A stretch of 64,000 bases of DNA, taken from assembly GCF_963506605.1 (NCBI RefSeq), contig NC_083277.1:87296001-87360000 (forward strand). Direction: 5' to 3'. This stretch comes from Zootoca vivipara (Eukaryota). A program made the position numbers and the translations under genes. Numbering within the stretch: the stretch's first letter is position 1; each line of letters opens with the position of its first letter. Of the stretch, positions 25,900 through 38,626 are shown piece by piece. The notes under the pieces are model-generated. The model was not told the DNA's origin. It saw only the letters and a program-made list of their open reading frames with translations, and searched no databases.

Positions 25900-26085
25900 T
25901 GTAATTTATATTCCATCTTTCCTCCAAACCATGCATAGTTCAATTCTCCCTCCTTCTTTTGGTTATGCTGAGAGTGAGTGACTGGCCCAAGGTCACCCAG
26001 TAAGCTTCATGGCCAAGTGGGATTTGAACCCTGCTCTCCCAGGTCATAGGGCAACACTCTAACCACAACACCACACTGGCTCTCA
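25900..26085 (-). mobile_element. MIR-like tRNA-derived SINE (degenerate)
   Basis: Minus strand reads agccagtgtggtgttgtggttagagtg...cagggttcaaatccc...gggtgaccttgggccagtcact. Confidence 0.65.
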
Positions 26086-26363
26086 GTGTAAGGGTGGGTG
26101 TGCTGGTATAAGGATGAGAATAATGGTTGTGCAATATGAGATCCAGGGCAACAGCTGTTGTCCAATTGGTTGTCCAATTGGTTGTGCAACAAGAAATATT
26201 GAGGTTGCACAACCAGCCCCAAGAACCATGCTGGCTCTTTCTCAAGCCATTCCACTAGCACAAGTCATTCCATTAGTGCAACTACCTGTAGTACATTTCT
26301 AAGGGACTTTAAGGGTCTCTCCCAGCCCTAACTGGATATGCCAGGGGTTCAGGATATGCCGCC

Positions 26364-26796
26364 GAGACCACATAACACCGTCTTGAAAGACCTACATTGG
26401 CTCCCAGTATGTTTCCGTGCACAATTCAAAGTGTTAGTGCTGACCTTTAAAGCCCTAAACGGCCTCGGTCCAGTATACCTGAAGGAGCATCTCCTCCCCC
26501 ATCGTTTTGCCCGGACACTGAGGTCCAGTGCCGAGGGCCTTCTGGCGGTTCCCTCGCTGCGAGAAGCCAAGTTACAGGGAACCAGGCAGAGGGCCTTCTC
26601 GGTAGTGGCACCCACCCTATGGAATGCCCTCCCATCAGAGGTCAAAGAGAACAACAATTACCCGACCTTTAGAAGGCATCTCAATGCAGCTCTGTTTAGG
26701 GAAGCTTTTAATGTTTGATGGATTTCTGTATTTTAATATTTTGTTGGAAGCCGCCCAAGGTGGCTGGGGGAACTCGGCCAGATGGGTGGGGTATAA

Positions 26797-26847
<51 letters not shown>
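26364..26847 (+). mobile_element. L2-clade LINE 3' fragment with (TTA)n tail
   Basis: ORF LKDLHWLPVCFRAQFKVLVLTFKALNGLGPVYL...RAFSVVAPTLWNALP, typical of the L2/CR1-group ORF2 C-terminus; microsatellite tail. Confidence 0.88.
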
Positions 26848-27587
26848 GAACTGCATTGAATTCTTCCCTAGATATCACTGTAGCATCCAGAAAGCTACAG
26901 GGTCCTCCATCCCTGCCCTACCCCAGACAGCATCCTCCCCCTTTCTGAGCTACGGAAGGGAATTCTTCTGGCAGCTCCAGCATTATAACTCTGCTTTTTA
27001 AAAGCATGGAAAGTCTGGGTAGGGAACAAAGTATATCCCACTCCCCAGCCAAGGAGGATCACAGAATTCAGAGGTGGCAGAAGACATATTGCTCAAATGA
27101 GCCTCAGCCTGCAAGAGGAGAGAAAAGTCTGAGGGAAATGTAATTCGTTCCTTTATTTAAAAGGAGATTAAATGTGCAGTTGAAATACCTTCAAGGAAAT
27201 GCCATCAAAGGAGGTGAAAGGATTATTCAAATTCTCTGTAAGTGGCGAGATGCCAGATGTCGCGGCCTGCAGCTTTAAACAGAAAATGTCAGACATAAAT
27301 GCTGAGATGACGTGCCTTGGAAATAGTGGTGATTAGGTAATGACTGCAGCTAGTCTCTACCATTACACATTTTTCGCAAAGCAGTCGGCATTATGGGGAT
27401 GGAAGCAGGGAGTGTTCCTAAGTGATAAAAGCAGGGCTCACAAGTTAGCATTCCATGAAAAGTCTTCCATCCATGTTTTCTCCCTGACCCAGAATGCTCA
27501 TCCATCTTCTGCAAGTTCCTAAATCAGACTTAGGTACAGCTTAATTCATTCACGGAAAATGTTCAAAAGTGGAGTGGTTCGTTGCTG

Positions 27588-27740
27588 GGAAGGGCCATAG
27601 CTCAGTAGAGGAGCATCTGCTTTGCATGCAGAAGGTCCCAGGTTCAATCCCTGGCATCTCCAGGAAGGGCTTGTGAGAAACACCTGCCTGAAACCCTGAA
27701 GAACGATTGTCAGTCAGTGATAAACTGGGTCTGTGTGTCC
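27588..27740 (+). mobile_element. tRNA-derived SINE (Squam3-like)
   Basis: gggccatagctcagtagaggagcatctgctttgcatgcagaaggtcccaggttcaatccctggcatctcca head with A and B boxes. Confidence 0.7.
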
Positions 27741-27984
27741 GTAGGGGATGGGGTCTGACTGGTGGCCACACTGTAATCTCTCCCCGCCCTCCAAGCCAAG
27801 ATAAATGGGTGGAGCTGCCTGTCAATCACGTGACATCAGGTGACTTTTTTTTTTTTTGCATACAGGGGTCTTCAGAAGTCCCTTTCAAAGTGCTGTCTTG
27901 CCTGGGGTTTGCATAGAGTTTTGCAGCCAATCAGAGGTGCCTGCAAATCCCCTTCTAGCCAAGCCGGATGTTGACCTGCTCCAT

Positions 27985-28399
27985 ATGTCAAGTATACGGT
28001 AGGTGGGTGTGGTGTTGCTGTCTTGTCTCTCATTGCCCTGCCTTCTTAATTTATCTGTATGTTCCTCTCCCCAAGTGGTGGGGAGCTGGTTGCTGCAAGA
28101 GGGGGAGACTTCCTAGATTCTTCAGCAGCCTGCCTCCTCTATGTCTCCTGGTCCCCCTCCTCTCCTGTCTCTGAGTCTGGACTGCCCTCTGCCACAGCCT
28201 CTTCCTGCTCACTAAACCCCGTTGCCCCTTCAGCTTCTGACACCTCCTTCTCCCAGTCTGCTCCTCCTTCTCCCTCTGACCACTCATTGTCGTTCCACCT
28301 CCAATCCCCTAGCTCTGAGCCTTCTTCTCCTGAGGGGTTCCCTTGGGGGGTTCCCCAGCTGGTGCCCCCCACTCCTCTACATCCAGCCAATCCATGGCA
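27985..28399 (-). mobile_element. Possible LTR-derived fragment (purine-rich on the minus strand)
   Basis: tgtca...tggca ends, composition similar to the other LTR-like repeats here; TSD not confirmed. Confidence 0.35.
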
Positions 28400-29402
28400 T
28401 TCAAGCACTAGCAGTAGGAGCACACTGAAGCCAGAGTATTATTAAATGGCAATGTCTACACAGCCAAACACAGGAGATTTGGGGAAGGCGGTAAGAAGTC
28501 AAGCTGTTAGGGGAAAGGGAAAGTCTCTCTTCCTCCCCCATCTCTTGTGGTTCCCGACTTGCTACATGGTGGGTGAACCTGCCTGTCTTTCCTCAGCCCT
28601 TGTTCTTTCCATTAGCTCCCGTCCCGCCTGCTCCAGACAGTAGCACTAGGAGCCTGTGATGACATTTCCAAGCCAATGGATTTGGGGGCTGACATCAATG
28701 GGTGGGAAGAACTGTCAGTCCTGAGATGTTGATAGTGTGCCGCAGATGCAGTGCAGGAGACTAGTCGCCAGCCTCCTCCGCAGCTTGTACAAAGCTGTAT
28801 ATCTAATACCGATTCCCTCTTATCTCTGGCTTTCAGCACAGCATATTGTAAGCGCTCAGCCTGCCTGCATTCCATCCATCACCAGAAACCCCAGTGGCAG
28901 GTCCAGTCTACTTTTATTATTTATCAGCTGTAATGCAGGATCCAAAGCATGGCCTTCTCCCAAACAGATCGGTGTTTGTTGTCCGTGTGGAGTTACTGCA
29001 CATTGAGCGTACGCAGACTTCCTTGGTACTGATGGGCGTCCTTGCGGAAAAGACAGGGCAGGATGCAATTTTATAAGCAGCGTTCAAGCCTAATTATAGC
29101 ATCTATAGCCTAGTACCCTTCCTGGCGTGCTACTGGCGCATGTCAGCATGCAAAGTGGAAGCCGTTTCGAGCATGAAAAGTCTACCTCCTTGAGAGATTA
29201 ATTGGATGCTACAGACTTTAATTCAAAGGAGAAAGGTTCCTCTTAAGACTCAAGGAGGAACTGCACAGTCGTGGAAGCAAAGCCAGGCTCTTAACTCACT
29301 GCTTGCAGAGGCAGGAAGCTTTTTCCACGGGCAAAGCAGATTAACCCTTTCGCACACCCATATCCTGCTTTTCTCTTGCATGGGATGGGGGCGTGGCAGA
29401 GG

Positions 29403-29542
29403 TCATAGAATCATAGAGCTGGAAGGGACCCTGAGGATCGCCCAGTCCAACCCCCTGCAATGCAGGAATATGCAGCTGTCCCATGTAGGGATCAAACCTG
29501 CCACCTTGGCAGTATCAGACCACACTCTAACCAGTGGAGCTG
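29403..29542 (-). mobile_element. tRNA-derived SINE with CR1-type tail
   Basis: catagaatcatagagctggaagggacc...aaccccctgcaatgc is the reverse complement of a CR1 terminus, followed by a tRNA-like head. Confidence 0.65.
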
Positions 29543-32475
29543 TCCAGGGTCCCTGCGTGGCTCATGGGATTATGAGACCTGCATTGCTCATAAGCATGGG
29601 TGGGGGAGCAGCAGGTTTTGAGAGAGGAGGGTCTTGGAGAGGGAGGGATGTCCCAGGACAATGGGAGGGGTGGAAGGTGTGGTGCTTGGGATCGGGAGGT
29701 CCTGAGGTTGTCCTGGAAGGGGACTATGGTCCAGGAAATGGCCATGTGTGGGTGGGTTTCAGAGTGTATGGGTGGCAATGTATTCTTATGACTCTTTATG
29801 GGTTTAGCCAAGTTTTTGTTACCAGTTTTCTACCCCTGGGAAAGCATTTCTGAAAATGGAAATCCGCTGGGGGGTGGGGGGTGACCTGGGAGGAGGGGAG
29901 GTTGGGGGATTAAGCAGTGAATCTGGTAAGAGATAAGTACCGCCCACTACTTCTCCACTGAAAGAGTCCACACACCCCTGCACATTCTGATTCCTCCATA
30001 AACATGGGCTCGAGGACCTGACTTAGCTGAGCCTGCTGACACAAAATGTAGTTCTGCTTTAACACCTGCAGCTTTAATTTTTTAAAATTCTCTTACCTGC
30101 AGGCGGCAGCCGGGGGGGGGGGGGGGATCCTGAAAACCAGAGCCCTGGGACATTCACTGTGGATCATGGGACAGAAAGAATCAGGAGCAGAGATCTCAGG
30201 GTAATGTAGAAACCATCAGCTCCTTTGCCACCTTCTTTCCCAGACACTTATGTGGAGCAAAGGGAAGAGAAGGCTCCGTCATTCTTCCTCAGCTCCCTCT
30301 TCTCCCCCGCCCTTTTTGCACTAGCCAATCAGAGCACTAAAACATGACGGAAGGAACTGATAGCCAAGGGAGCTACAAGGAAACTAAAAGACTAGGCTTC
30401 TCTCAGGTGTCTCAACCACTCTGTAGATGAAACTCCTACTCTACAAGATCCTGTGCTTCATCCTTTACGGCTCCTCCATCATGTTTTCAACTCTATAGGA
30501 ACATGACAAACTGCCTTATATGGAGTGAGACCATTGGCACGTCTAGCTCAATATCGACAACACTGGCTGGCAAGGGCTTCTTTGGGGTTTCAGGCAGAGG
30601 TCAGTCCCTACTTTACCTGGAGATGATGGGAGCTGAACCTGGGACAGGTGCTCTACCACTGAGTTCCTTTCCCAAGAACCAAAGGACGTAGCATAAGCAT
30701 TATGCAGTTAAGAACCAACTACCGTTAAGGAGGTTTGCTAGTCAGAGACCATCTAGAGATCACATCTCTAGACCATCACATATCGAAACAACCAGTTCCA
30801 CAGCAACCACTGATTTCTCCAGGGACCTTTCCCAGCCTGATGGTTTCCAGCGGTATGGAAATTGAGTGGGTGGGGTCAGGCTACATAAAAGGGCACCAGG
30901 TCCAGCAGGCCTTTGCTTCTACAGGGGAAATTAGCCCCCAGGGAAGATCCCCCACATCTTATCTATGCAGAGCACAAAAACCCCATACAAGGTTATTTGC
31001 TGCCTCTGCAATAAATAAATAAAAACCCATTTCAATCAAATTGGGATGGTAAATGTCAGTTTAAATTAAATAACCCAGTTTACCAATGATGAAAATTATT
31101 CAGGACAAAACTCCTATCTGGGACAAGTTGCTCTTTGGAGCGGAGCAAAGCTTTGGTTTATAGCATAAAAAGCAGCTGTCTTCATAAAAGCTAATAAAAT
31201 ACTCTGGGGATAATTAAAACTTTAATTAAAAATGTGAAGTCCAAATAGCTTTTTATGGTAGCAGGGAAACTTGTTTTGACATCCAAAATTGCCGCACAAG
31301 CCGGATCTCCCTTGTATTCTCTCCAGGCTATTTAGATGCTGGCGTTCAGCTCAAAATGTTCTCCCACTCCATCCAAAAGTGTCAATTTTTAGTGGGTTTT
31401 AAAGTGTAATGGGGACATTTGCTTTACAGCTTAATTCAAAATTATTAATCTGATCTAGAAGCAGGCTTGTTTGCATGCCAGTTTTTGCAGGATGGCTTCC
31501 CTAAATATATGGAGGGAATAAATCACATCCACAGAATAAAATGCGTTCAGCACTCTGCATGTATATGCGGCATTATTGGAGATCAAAGGTGGGCGTGTGT
31601 CCCCTTTAAACTGCAATTGGCAAAGCAGTATTGGTGGAACTGGCAGACTGCCATTCCAGGAATTACAGCTGCTGGGTGGCCAAGCAAGCTTTCTGAACAT
31701 TTCCCCTAACAGCTTGTCCATATGTGACAAAGCTTGCCTCCCTCATAATCTACTTTGCCCTTTGTCACCCTCAAGTATTTTTGTTCTAATGCCGCCACCA
31801 AGAGAAGGACACACCATCGTTCAATCCCAAATTCCATCTGTGATGCAACACAAGCCCAAATTTCAGATGTCCAGGTGCCAAGCAGAGAAAATTGACCATT
31901 TATATCTTCTCTGCATTGAGGGGTCTCTTCAAAACTCACATTATAAGAAGACCAGCCCTAAATAATCAAATGGCAAAGAGTCGGAAACTCAGGAAGGAGG
32001 ATTCCTGGAGAGCCAGGCTAGCATCCAAAAGGGAGCCTCAGGATGCTGGGAGGAAGAAGGAAAGAAGAAAAATTGCTAAAGTTTTTTTAGGCACTGCCAG
32101 GGTCTTGACAAAAATCTCCTATCCAAAGCATTGCCTTGAAATGCAAACTCCAGCTGGTGCCAATGGAGGCATCTTTTGAAAAGCAAAAGGCAGGTTCAGA
32201 GACGTGGTTTTGATTTCTGCCAGGGTCAGAAAGAGTTAAATTTCCCCTCCCCACCCACCAACCAACCCCTCTGAGACTGCTAAGGTGTGAGTGAACATTC
32301 GCTGCATTCAGGGAATGAACATCATGTCTAGTTTGATCCCCGTTCACCAGCGTATACAAGTCCTGCGGCACCTTCAAGAGGTAAGAGATTTATTGTGGTG
32401 AAGTGAGTCCATCTAGTCCATGAATGCTTACGCCTGCTAGTCACTAAGGGGCTCTTAGAGGCTGCCCCACATCTG

Positions 32476-33007
32476 CAAAAAGGGGAGGGAAAGAAGACCC
32501 AGGTAATTATTGACCAGTCAACTTGATGTTGATACCTGAAAAGTTCCTGGAACAGATAATTAAAGAGTTGGTGTGTGAGCACTTAGAAAAGGATGCTGTG
32601 ATTATTAAGAACCAGCATGTTTTTCTCAAAAACAAGTCATGCCAGACAAATCTCATTTCTTTTTTTTTGATAAGCGTTACAAGCTTGGTGGATCAGGGGA
32701 ATGCTGTGGATATAATGTATCTTTATTTCAGATAGTCTTGTGGAGAAGTTGATAAAATGTGGACTGAATTAGTTAACTGTTAGGTGGACTTATAGCTAGT
32801 TGACTGACTGGACTCAAAGAGTGCTTACTAATGGTTTCTCATCATCTTGGAAAAAAGTGACAAGTAGGGTGCCGCAGGGTTCTATCCTGGGTCCATTGTT
32901 GTTTAACATCTTTATAAACAACTTGGATGAAGGTATTGAGAGGATGCTCATCAAAATTGCAGATGACACCAAACTGGAAGGGATAGCTAAGGCCACTGAA
33001 GACAACT
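32476..33007 (+). mobile_element. Degenerate CR1 ORF2 (reverse transcriptase) fragment
   Basis: [47 protein letters not shown]...IKIADDTKL motifs, with frameshifts. Confidence 0.88.
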
Positions 33008-33018
33008 GAAGACACTGA

Positions 33019-33370
33019 GGGACCCAGGTGGCACTGTGGGTTAAACCACTGAGCCTAGGGCTTGCGGATCAGAAGGTTGGAAGTTCGAATCCCTGTGACG
33101 GGCTGAGCTCCTGTTGCTTGGTCCCAGCTCCTGCCAACCTAGCAGTTCGAAAGCACGTCAAAATGCAAGTAGATAAATAGGAACCGCTACAGCGGGAAGG
33201 TAAACAGCGTTTCCGTGTGCTGCTCTGGTTTGCCAGAAGCGGCTTTGTCATGCTGGCCACATGACCTGGAAGCTATACGCCGGCTCCCTCGGCCAATAAT
33301 GCGAGATGAGCGCGCAACCCCAGAGTCGGTCACGACTGGACCTAATGGTCAGGGGTCCCTTTACCTTTAC
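33019..33370 (+). mobile_element. Full-length Sauria SINE inserted at the end of the CR1 fragment
   Basis: Intact head and tail; shares diagnostic variants with the 11371 copy. Confidence 0.9.
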
Positions 33371-34280
33371 CATCAAATTTGCAGATGGCACCAAACTGGA
33401 AGGGATAGCTAAGGCCACCGAAGACAACTAAAAAAACAAGCTAAACATCACATTTAAATGAAAATCCATATTATAAGATACAAAAATCAATACAGCATTT
33501 AAAATTTATAAAACAATATTAACAACATTGACAAAATAGCAGCCAAAAATATAAGTTCATACACACATTCTCCGCAACCCCACGACTCATAATATTTCAG
33601 CTCATTAAAATACATATACAAATAATGCCTGTGGCAGCAACTCCCTCCTGGAGGTTCCTCAGGCTGGAGGTGCAGCAACACAGTTGAGACCAACCACCCC
33701 CTGATGGCAAGCAGAGTCTCTATCTCCTTGCGGTTCTTCCTCACATTCAACTCCCCACATTTCCACATCGGTTTGCAAATTCATTTTGTTGTTGCTGTTA
33801 AAGCCCTCATGAAAATTCATCAGCTTTCAGTGCAGATTTATTCTAATATGCATCATCTTGTATGCAATTTTGCCTAATAGTCCCGATTTTTGCCTCGTGC
33901 ATTTTTGCGTTTTGTATTTTCCCCCATTTTTTTATTCCATATATTTTCATACTACTCAAGATAGTCTCTAAGCCGTTCAGAAGATGCAATTATGCTACAA
34001 TATATAGCAAACAGCAAAACTGGAAAACTACAAGACAATGCAACAAAATGCAATGAAATCCTGCCCCCACCCTCCTCACCAGCAAAGCATAGCAGCACAT
34101 TTTAAAAAGCATCTTAAGAGTCAGGGATCCCTTTCCCCTTCAGCGTCCCTCTTGCCAAGGCATACCCTGACTCACAATACCAATAACACCAACACATGCA
34201 TATGCACATGGTATATGCATTTATGTACGCATCACTTGACTGGAGAACTGCATTGCAAAATGCAGGAAAGTGCACCTGAA

Positions 34281-34413
34281 CAGGGCCGGCGGCCCTATGG
34301 AAAGGCTTGGTGGCGCAGGACAGGGCAGACAGCCGCACTGGGAAATGGGGCGGGGGGGGGGGCGCCGGAGGGTTCTTCGCGCCAGGGCACCAGATATGCT
34401 TAAGACGTCCCTG
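34281..34413. mobile_element. GC-rich hAT MITE
   Basis: Ends cagggccggc / gacgtccctg; TSD cacctga(a/g). Confidence 0.75.
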
Positions 34414-34434
34414 CACCTGAGTGTGTCTCAGTTC

Positions 34435-34655
34435 CAGGGCCGCCTTAAGCTTATCTGGCACCATGGTGTATGGATCCTCCGGTGCCCCCCACCCTCACCC
34501 TTACGTTTCCGTCTGGGTGGGCAGCAGCTGGAGGGCGGCTCCTCCAGCGGGATGGAGGCTCCGGGCACTGCGCGGCATGGCGGAGGCGGACGAGGGCGGT
34601 GAGCTGGTGTCGGGAGGCGCCGCGTCCAGCCTCCACCTTCTCCTTGGCGCCCCTG
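34435..34655. mobile_element. GC-rich hAT MITE
   Basis: Ends cagggccgcc / ggcgcccctg; TSD ctcagttc. Confidence 0.8.
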
Positions 34656-34874
34656 CTCAGTTCATGCATTGTTTCAGAAAGTGCAAATCTGGCAGATTCA
34701 CCTTTCAGCTCTACAATCCTATGATTCTATGAATGTCACCCCTATTTCTATGCACCAAGCTATCCTAGGCAAAGACACTCCTGGCCGCAGCTGAACATCT
34801 GGGGGCATGGCACCTTGGCAGAAGTTCCCAGTCACAAACCTACTTTTGAAGGGAAGCAGGCTGAGCCCTTATCC

Positions 34875-34954
34875 CAGCCCTAGGCAAACTCGGCTCAGGA
34901 ATGATGGGAATTGTAGTCTCAAAACATCTGGAGGGCCGAGTTTGCCTATGCCTG
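34875..34954. mobile_element. Internally deleted Charlie/Buster-like hAT MITE
   Basis: TIR cagccctaggcaaactcggc / gccgagtttgcctatgcctg; TSD ccttatcc. Confidence 0.8.
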
Positions 34955-35048
34955 CCTTATCCCATGATTAGGCTCTTTTCTGCTCAGGAGCACCTCTGCC
35001 TCGTTTACATTGTGATTCACTTCATTAGCCCCCATTACTGCCTGCAAA

Positions 35049-35249
35049 CAGGGGCATAGGAAAATAGGGGCAGTGGGGGCGGGCCGCCCTGAGTGGCGCG
35101 ATCCCAGGGGCGCCATCACAGCTGCCCATCCCGCCCTCAAAACACGCGCCCCGCCCCAAAAGGCACACAAGGTGCATCATGCTTGGTGCATCATGCTTGG
35201 TGCACAAGGTGCATCATGCTTGGTGCCAAAGCGGCTAGCAACGCCCCTG
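35049..35249. mobile_element. GC-rich hAT MITE with internal tgcatcatgcttgg repeats
   Basis: Ends caggggcat / acgcccctg; TSD cctgcaaa. Confidence 0.8.
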
Positions 35250-36400
35250 CCTGCAAAGATCCAGGCCATGCTTCAGAAATGGCCCCATCCCAGTCAGCAA
35301 AGGATTCTAAGGTTCCTACAGCATGTGAAGAGATTTGCATTCATCTAAAACAGCCTTCCCAAGCACTTGAGTGCAAATTGCTTTGGAAACCTTAAATGAA
35401 ATCATACAACACATGACTCACAGCCAGCACATCAGATCTGTTATGCAACAATACTGCCCCCTTGTGGGGGAAATGCATTCCTGGGCCTTCCCGAAACAGT
35501 TGTCTTGAGAGATTCCCCAAAGTTGGTCTTCTCTCCACTTTTCCTGAAAACAGTTCTTGTCTTATGAACATGTTTATTTACCCAGCCTTCAAATCAAATT
35601 GGGGGGGGGGTGTATAAAATGAGTAAGTTAATTTTAACCCCACGTTTTGGCTACCCTTTATTTGACCCTGAGCAGCAACCGTTCAATGCTTCTTTTATGT
35701 CTTTCTTCCGTCACTCGCTGCTGCTAATCCTCGCTCTCGCATTCTGCCAAAACAAACCCACATCTTACAACGTTTGTCAGAGGAAAATGGGTGCATGTTA
35801 CACGAGGAGAGCCACACACAGAGACAGGCCAATTAGCTTGCCCGAATGCATTGATACGATCTGACTCCAGTTACACTGATACCAATGGAATCAAGTCACT
35901 GTAAAAACCAAGAATTTTGACTTAATTGGACTTCGTTTGTTTTTTAAGAACAACAATCAAAGGGAGCCAACAACATGCCCGACAATATTCAAAATGTTGG
36001 AATAATTATGTAGCACAGTAGAAACACTCTCTATCCAGATAACGCAGGCATTTCAAACAGAATCTCCGTTACAACCACTGCACTAGAGCCCAGTTATTGC
36101 ATTATACACATGAGGGGGTCGTCAAGCAAACAATTACTGGGCAGCTGGCACAAAATGATGGTGTGCGAGCAGCTTTTCCTGCTCCTGATGTCCCTGTGTT
36201 AGCCATGGATGTTTACAGGGGTAAAGCCAGGCCTTTTTTTTTCCAGCCAGAACAGACCAGAACGCAGTTCCGGCACCACTCAGGTGGTTGCCATTGCCAT
36301 TCTAAGAGAATGAGGGAGGTGTTAAAGGTAGAATGATGGTGAGTTCTGGTACCTCTTTTTTTCTAGAAAAATAGCACTGGTTAAAGCCTATGTGAATATT

Positions 36401-36763
36401 GGGTGACCCAGGTGGCACTGTGGGTTAAACCACAGAGTCTAGGGCTTGCTGATCAGAAGGTCGGCGGTTCGAATCCCTGCAACGGGGTGAGCGCCCGTTA
36501 CTCAGTCCCAGCTCCTGCCCACCTAGCAGTTCGAAAGCACATCAAAGTGCAAGTAGATAAATAGGGACCGCTCCAGCAGGAAGGTAAACGGCGTTTCCGT
36601 GCGCTGCTCTGGTTCGCCAGAAGCAGCTTTGTCATGCTGGCCACATGACCCGGAAGCTGTCTGCGGACAAACGCTGGCTCCCTCGGCCTGTAGAGCGAGA
36701 TGAGCGCCGCAACCCCAGAGTCGGACACGACTGGACCTGGTGGTCAGGGGCCCCTTTACCTTT
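36401..36763 (+). mobile_element. Full-length Sauria SINE
   Basis: TSD ttaaagcctatgtgaata; carries the ctgtctgcggacaaacg variant segment. Confidence 0.9.
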
Positions 36764-37918
36764 TTAAAGCCTATGTGAATAGACTACCCACAAAGGCTTC
36801 CTTGGGAGCTAGAAACTTGAGTGCATAGCCTTCTTTGCCTGTGTACACATTGTACATTTAATGCACATTCAAAGCACCTTTCCCCCTCCAATATTTCTTT
36901 GCACTGTGGTTGCTTAGGAGTTGCCCAGAATTCTTTTGAGGGGAAACGTATGCTTTGAAACTGTTTCAAATGTATACTGTGCAGTGTGCACACAGCTCTC
37001 AGGAAAGCCCACACAGACAGAAGTCTACAATGGCAGGCTTTTCCTTTGCCTAATGGGGGGAAGCTACATGACTTTAGGAGTTCAAAGCAGTTTATGGGCC
37101 ACAGGTTGTCCTAAAATTTTGATGTCATCAGCCTATGCTTAAGCAGCAGAAGCCAGTTGAACAACTCATTCTCTGGCTAAGATGGCCAGTACAGGAGGAG
37201 AAATTGTACAGAGAGGAGCTATGAGACATTTCTTGTGTGCCTGTGCAGTTTGAACTTCATTTGCACTGGGGAGAAGGGAGTTTCATCATCACAGCCATTT
37301 CTCCTCCATTCCTGAATTTGCAAGTTAACGGAGTTAAAACAAAATAAGGTTTCCTTTTTGTAACGCACTTCCCATGGAAAGAAAGGAGTTCTAGAGAAAA
37401 AAAAATCACTTAAAGAAAGGGAAACCTTGAGTTGCTTCATTTCTCAGTTTAGAGGTGGTGTTTAACCAGCTAGCAAGCAAACAAAACTGCCAAGATGCAA
37501 TCGAAAAGTTTACTCAGTGATAGCCTTGTCCAAAATGGTCCACACCCAAGTTTGCATGACCCCTGTCCTTAATCAACAGTCTTTGTACATGCCACATATT
37601 GTGAACCTATGGGTCGGGGCCCTGCTCATTTGATTTTTGCGAGCACCTAGTATTTTAAAAATCAATCAATCAATCAATGATGATCTGCTTTGCTATAGGC
37701 CAGGAATGGGCAACAGGTGGCCCACAAACAAGGTCTAGGCCCTGGGACAATTTCACCTGGTCCTTGGTTATCCAGCCACATTTCACTCATGTTATTCGTT
37801 TAGAAAATCCAAACTACAGATTTTTCCAGACAGTGTAAGCAGAAAACAAATACTGATACCATATCAAAACAGTCAAAGAATAAAAACGTAATAAAATGTG
37901 ATAAATAATAAACCAAAG

Positions 37919-37924
37919 TTTATT
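37919..37924 (-). terminator. Candidate distal poly(A) signal (AATAAA) of TRIM16
   Basis: tttatt on the + strand, followed on the minus strand by T/GT-rich sequence. Confidence 0.45.
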
Positions 37925-38360
37925 CAACCTGCCAAGATAATGCAGTAAATGAGAAATGTTTGCAATTTCCTTTGCTAAGAAAGAACAGTTGTTTTCAGAA
38001 ACTGAACAGCTCTAATGCTGTGGTACTGCTCATCCAGGCCACAGGACAAGAGAACTGGAGACTTGCAGTGTTGCTGTTGCTATTTTTTTAAAAATGCTTC
38101 TTTACAAATGTATCAGTTGAGGATCAGGGAGCAGGTGAACACTGACGCAGCCACTGCCAGTCTTTAATGGTGCATCAGTTCCCTACAAAGTAAGCAGCGT
38201 GACCTTGGAGATTCCCTTCCCCCCAGCGGTTTCTCAATTTGGAGAAGATATTTAGTGGGCTAGCAGGCAACCAAAAAGGTAAACATGCAACGAACAATTC
38301 AGCTCACCCAATTTTGTGATGTGTTTGTTGGCCAGATAAAAGTATTGCCCTAATACAGAT

Positions 38361-38514
38361 TAGGGTTGCCAGACTCAATAGAGGACAGGACTTTAATTGC
38401 CCTGCTCTCTTTTGAGTCTGGAAACCTTAAAGAGAAAACAGCAGGCCCTTTGTTTAATTTCCAGGGCAATTAAAGGCACAGAAGTCCTGTCCTCTATTGA
38501 GTCTGGCAACCCTA
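38361..38514. mobile_element. hAT MITE in the TRIM16 3' region
   Basis: ~31-bp perfect TIR tagggttgccagactcaatagaggacaggac; TSD atacagat. Confidence 0.9.
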
Positions 38515-38528
38515 ATACAGATCTTTGA

Positions 38529-38534
38529 TTTATT
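38529..38534 (-). terminator. Candidate proximal poly(A) signal (AATAAA) of TRIM16
   Basis: tttatt on the + strand, ~90 nt downstream of the stop codon. Confidence 0.4.
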
Positions 38535-38626
38535 TTTTTCTTCCCCTTAGAGGCCATCATGTCTGCCTTTACCTTTGAATTAATTCAGTGGCACACTTGC
38601 AGTAAGGAGGAGTGCCCATGATCACA

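Noticed and set aside
27588-27662. tRNA gene
   Set aside because: Continues into a SINE body with no Pol III terminator; stems are imperfect.
29206-29853. 215-aa ORF
   Set aside because: Runs through an antisense SINE and G-rich low-complexity DNA; no recognisable homology.
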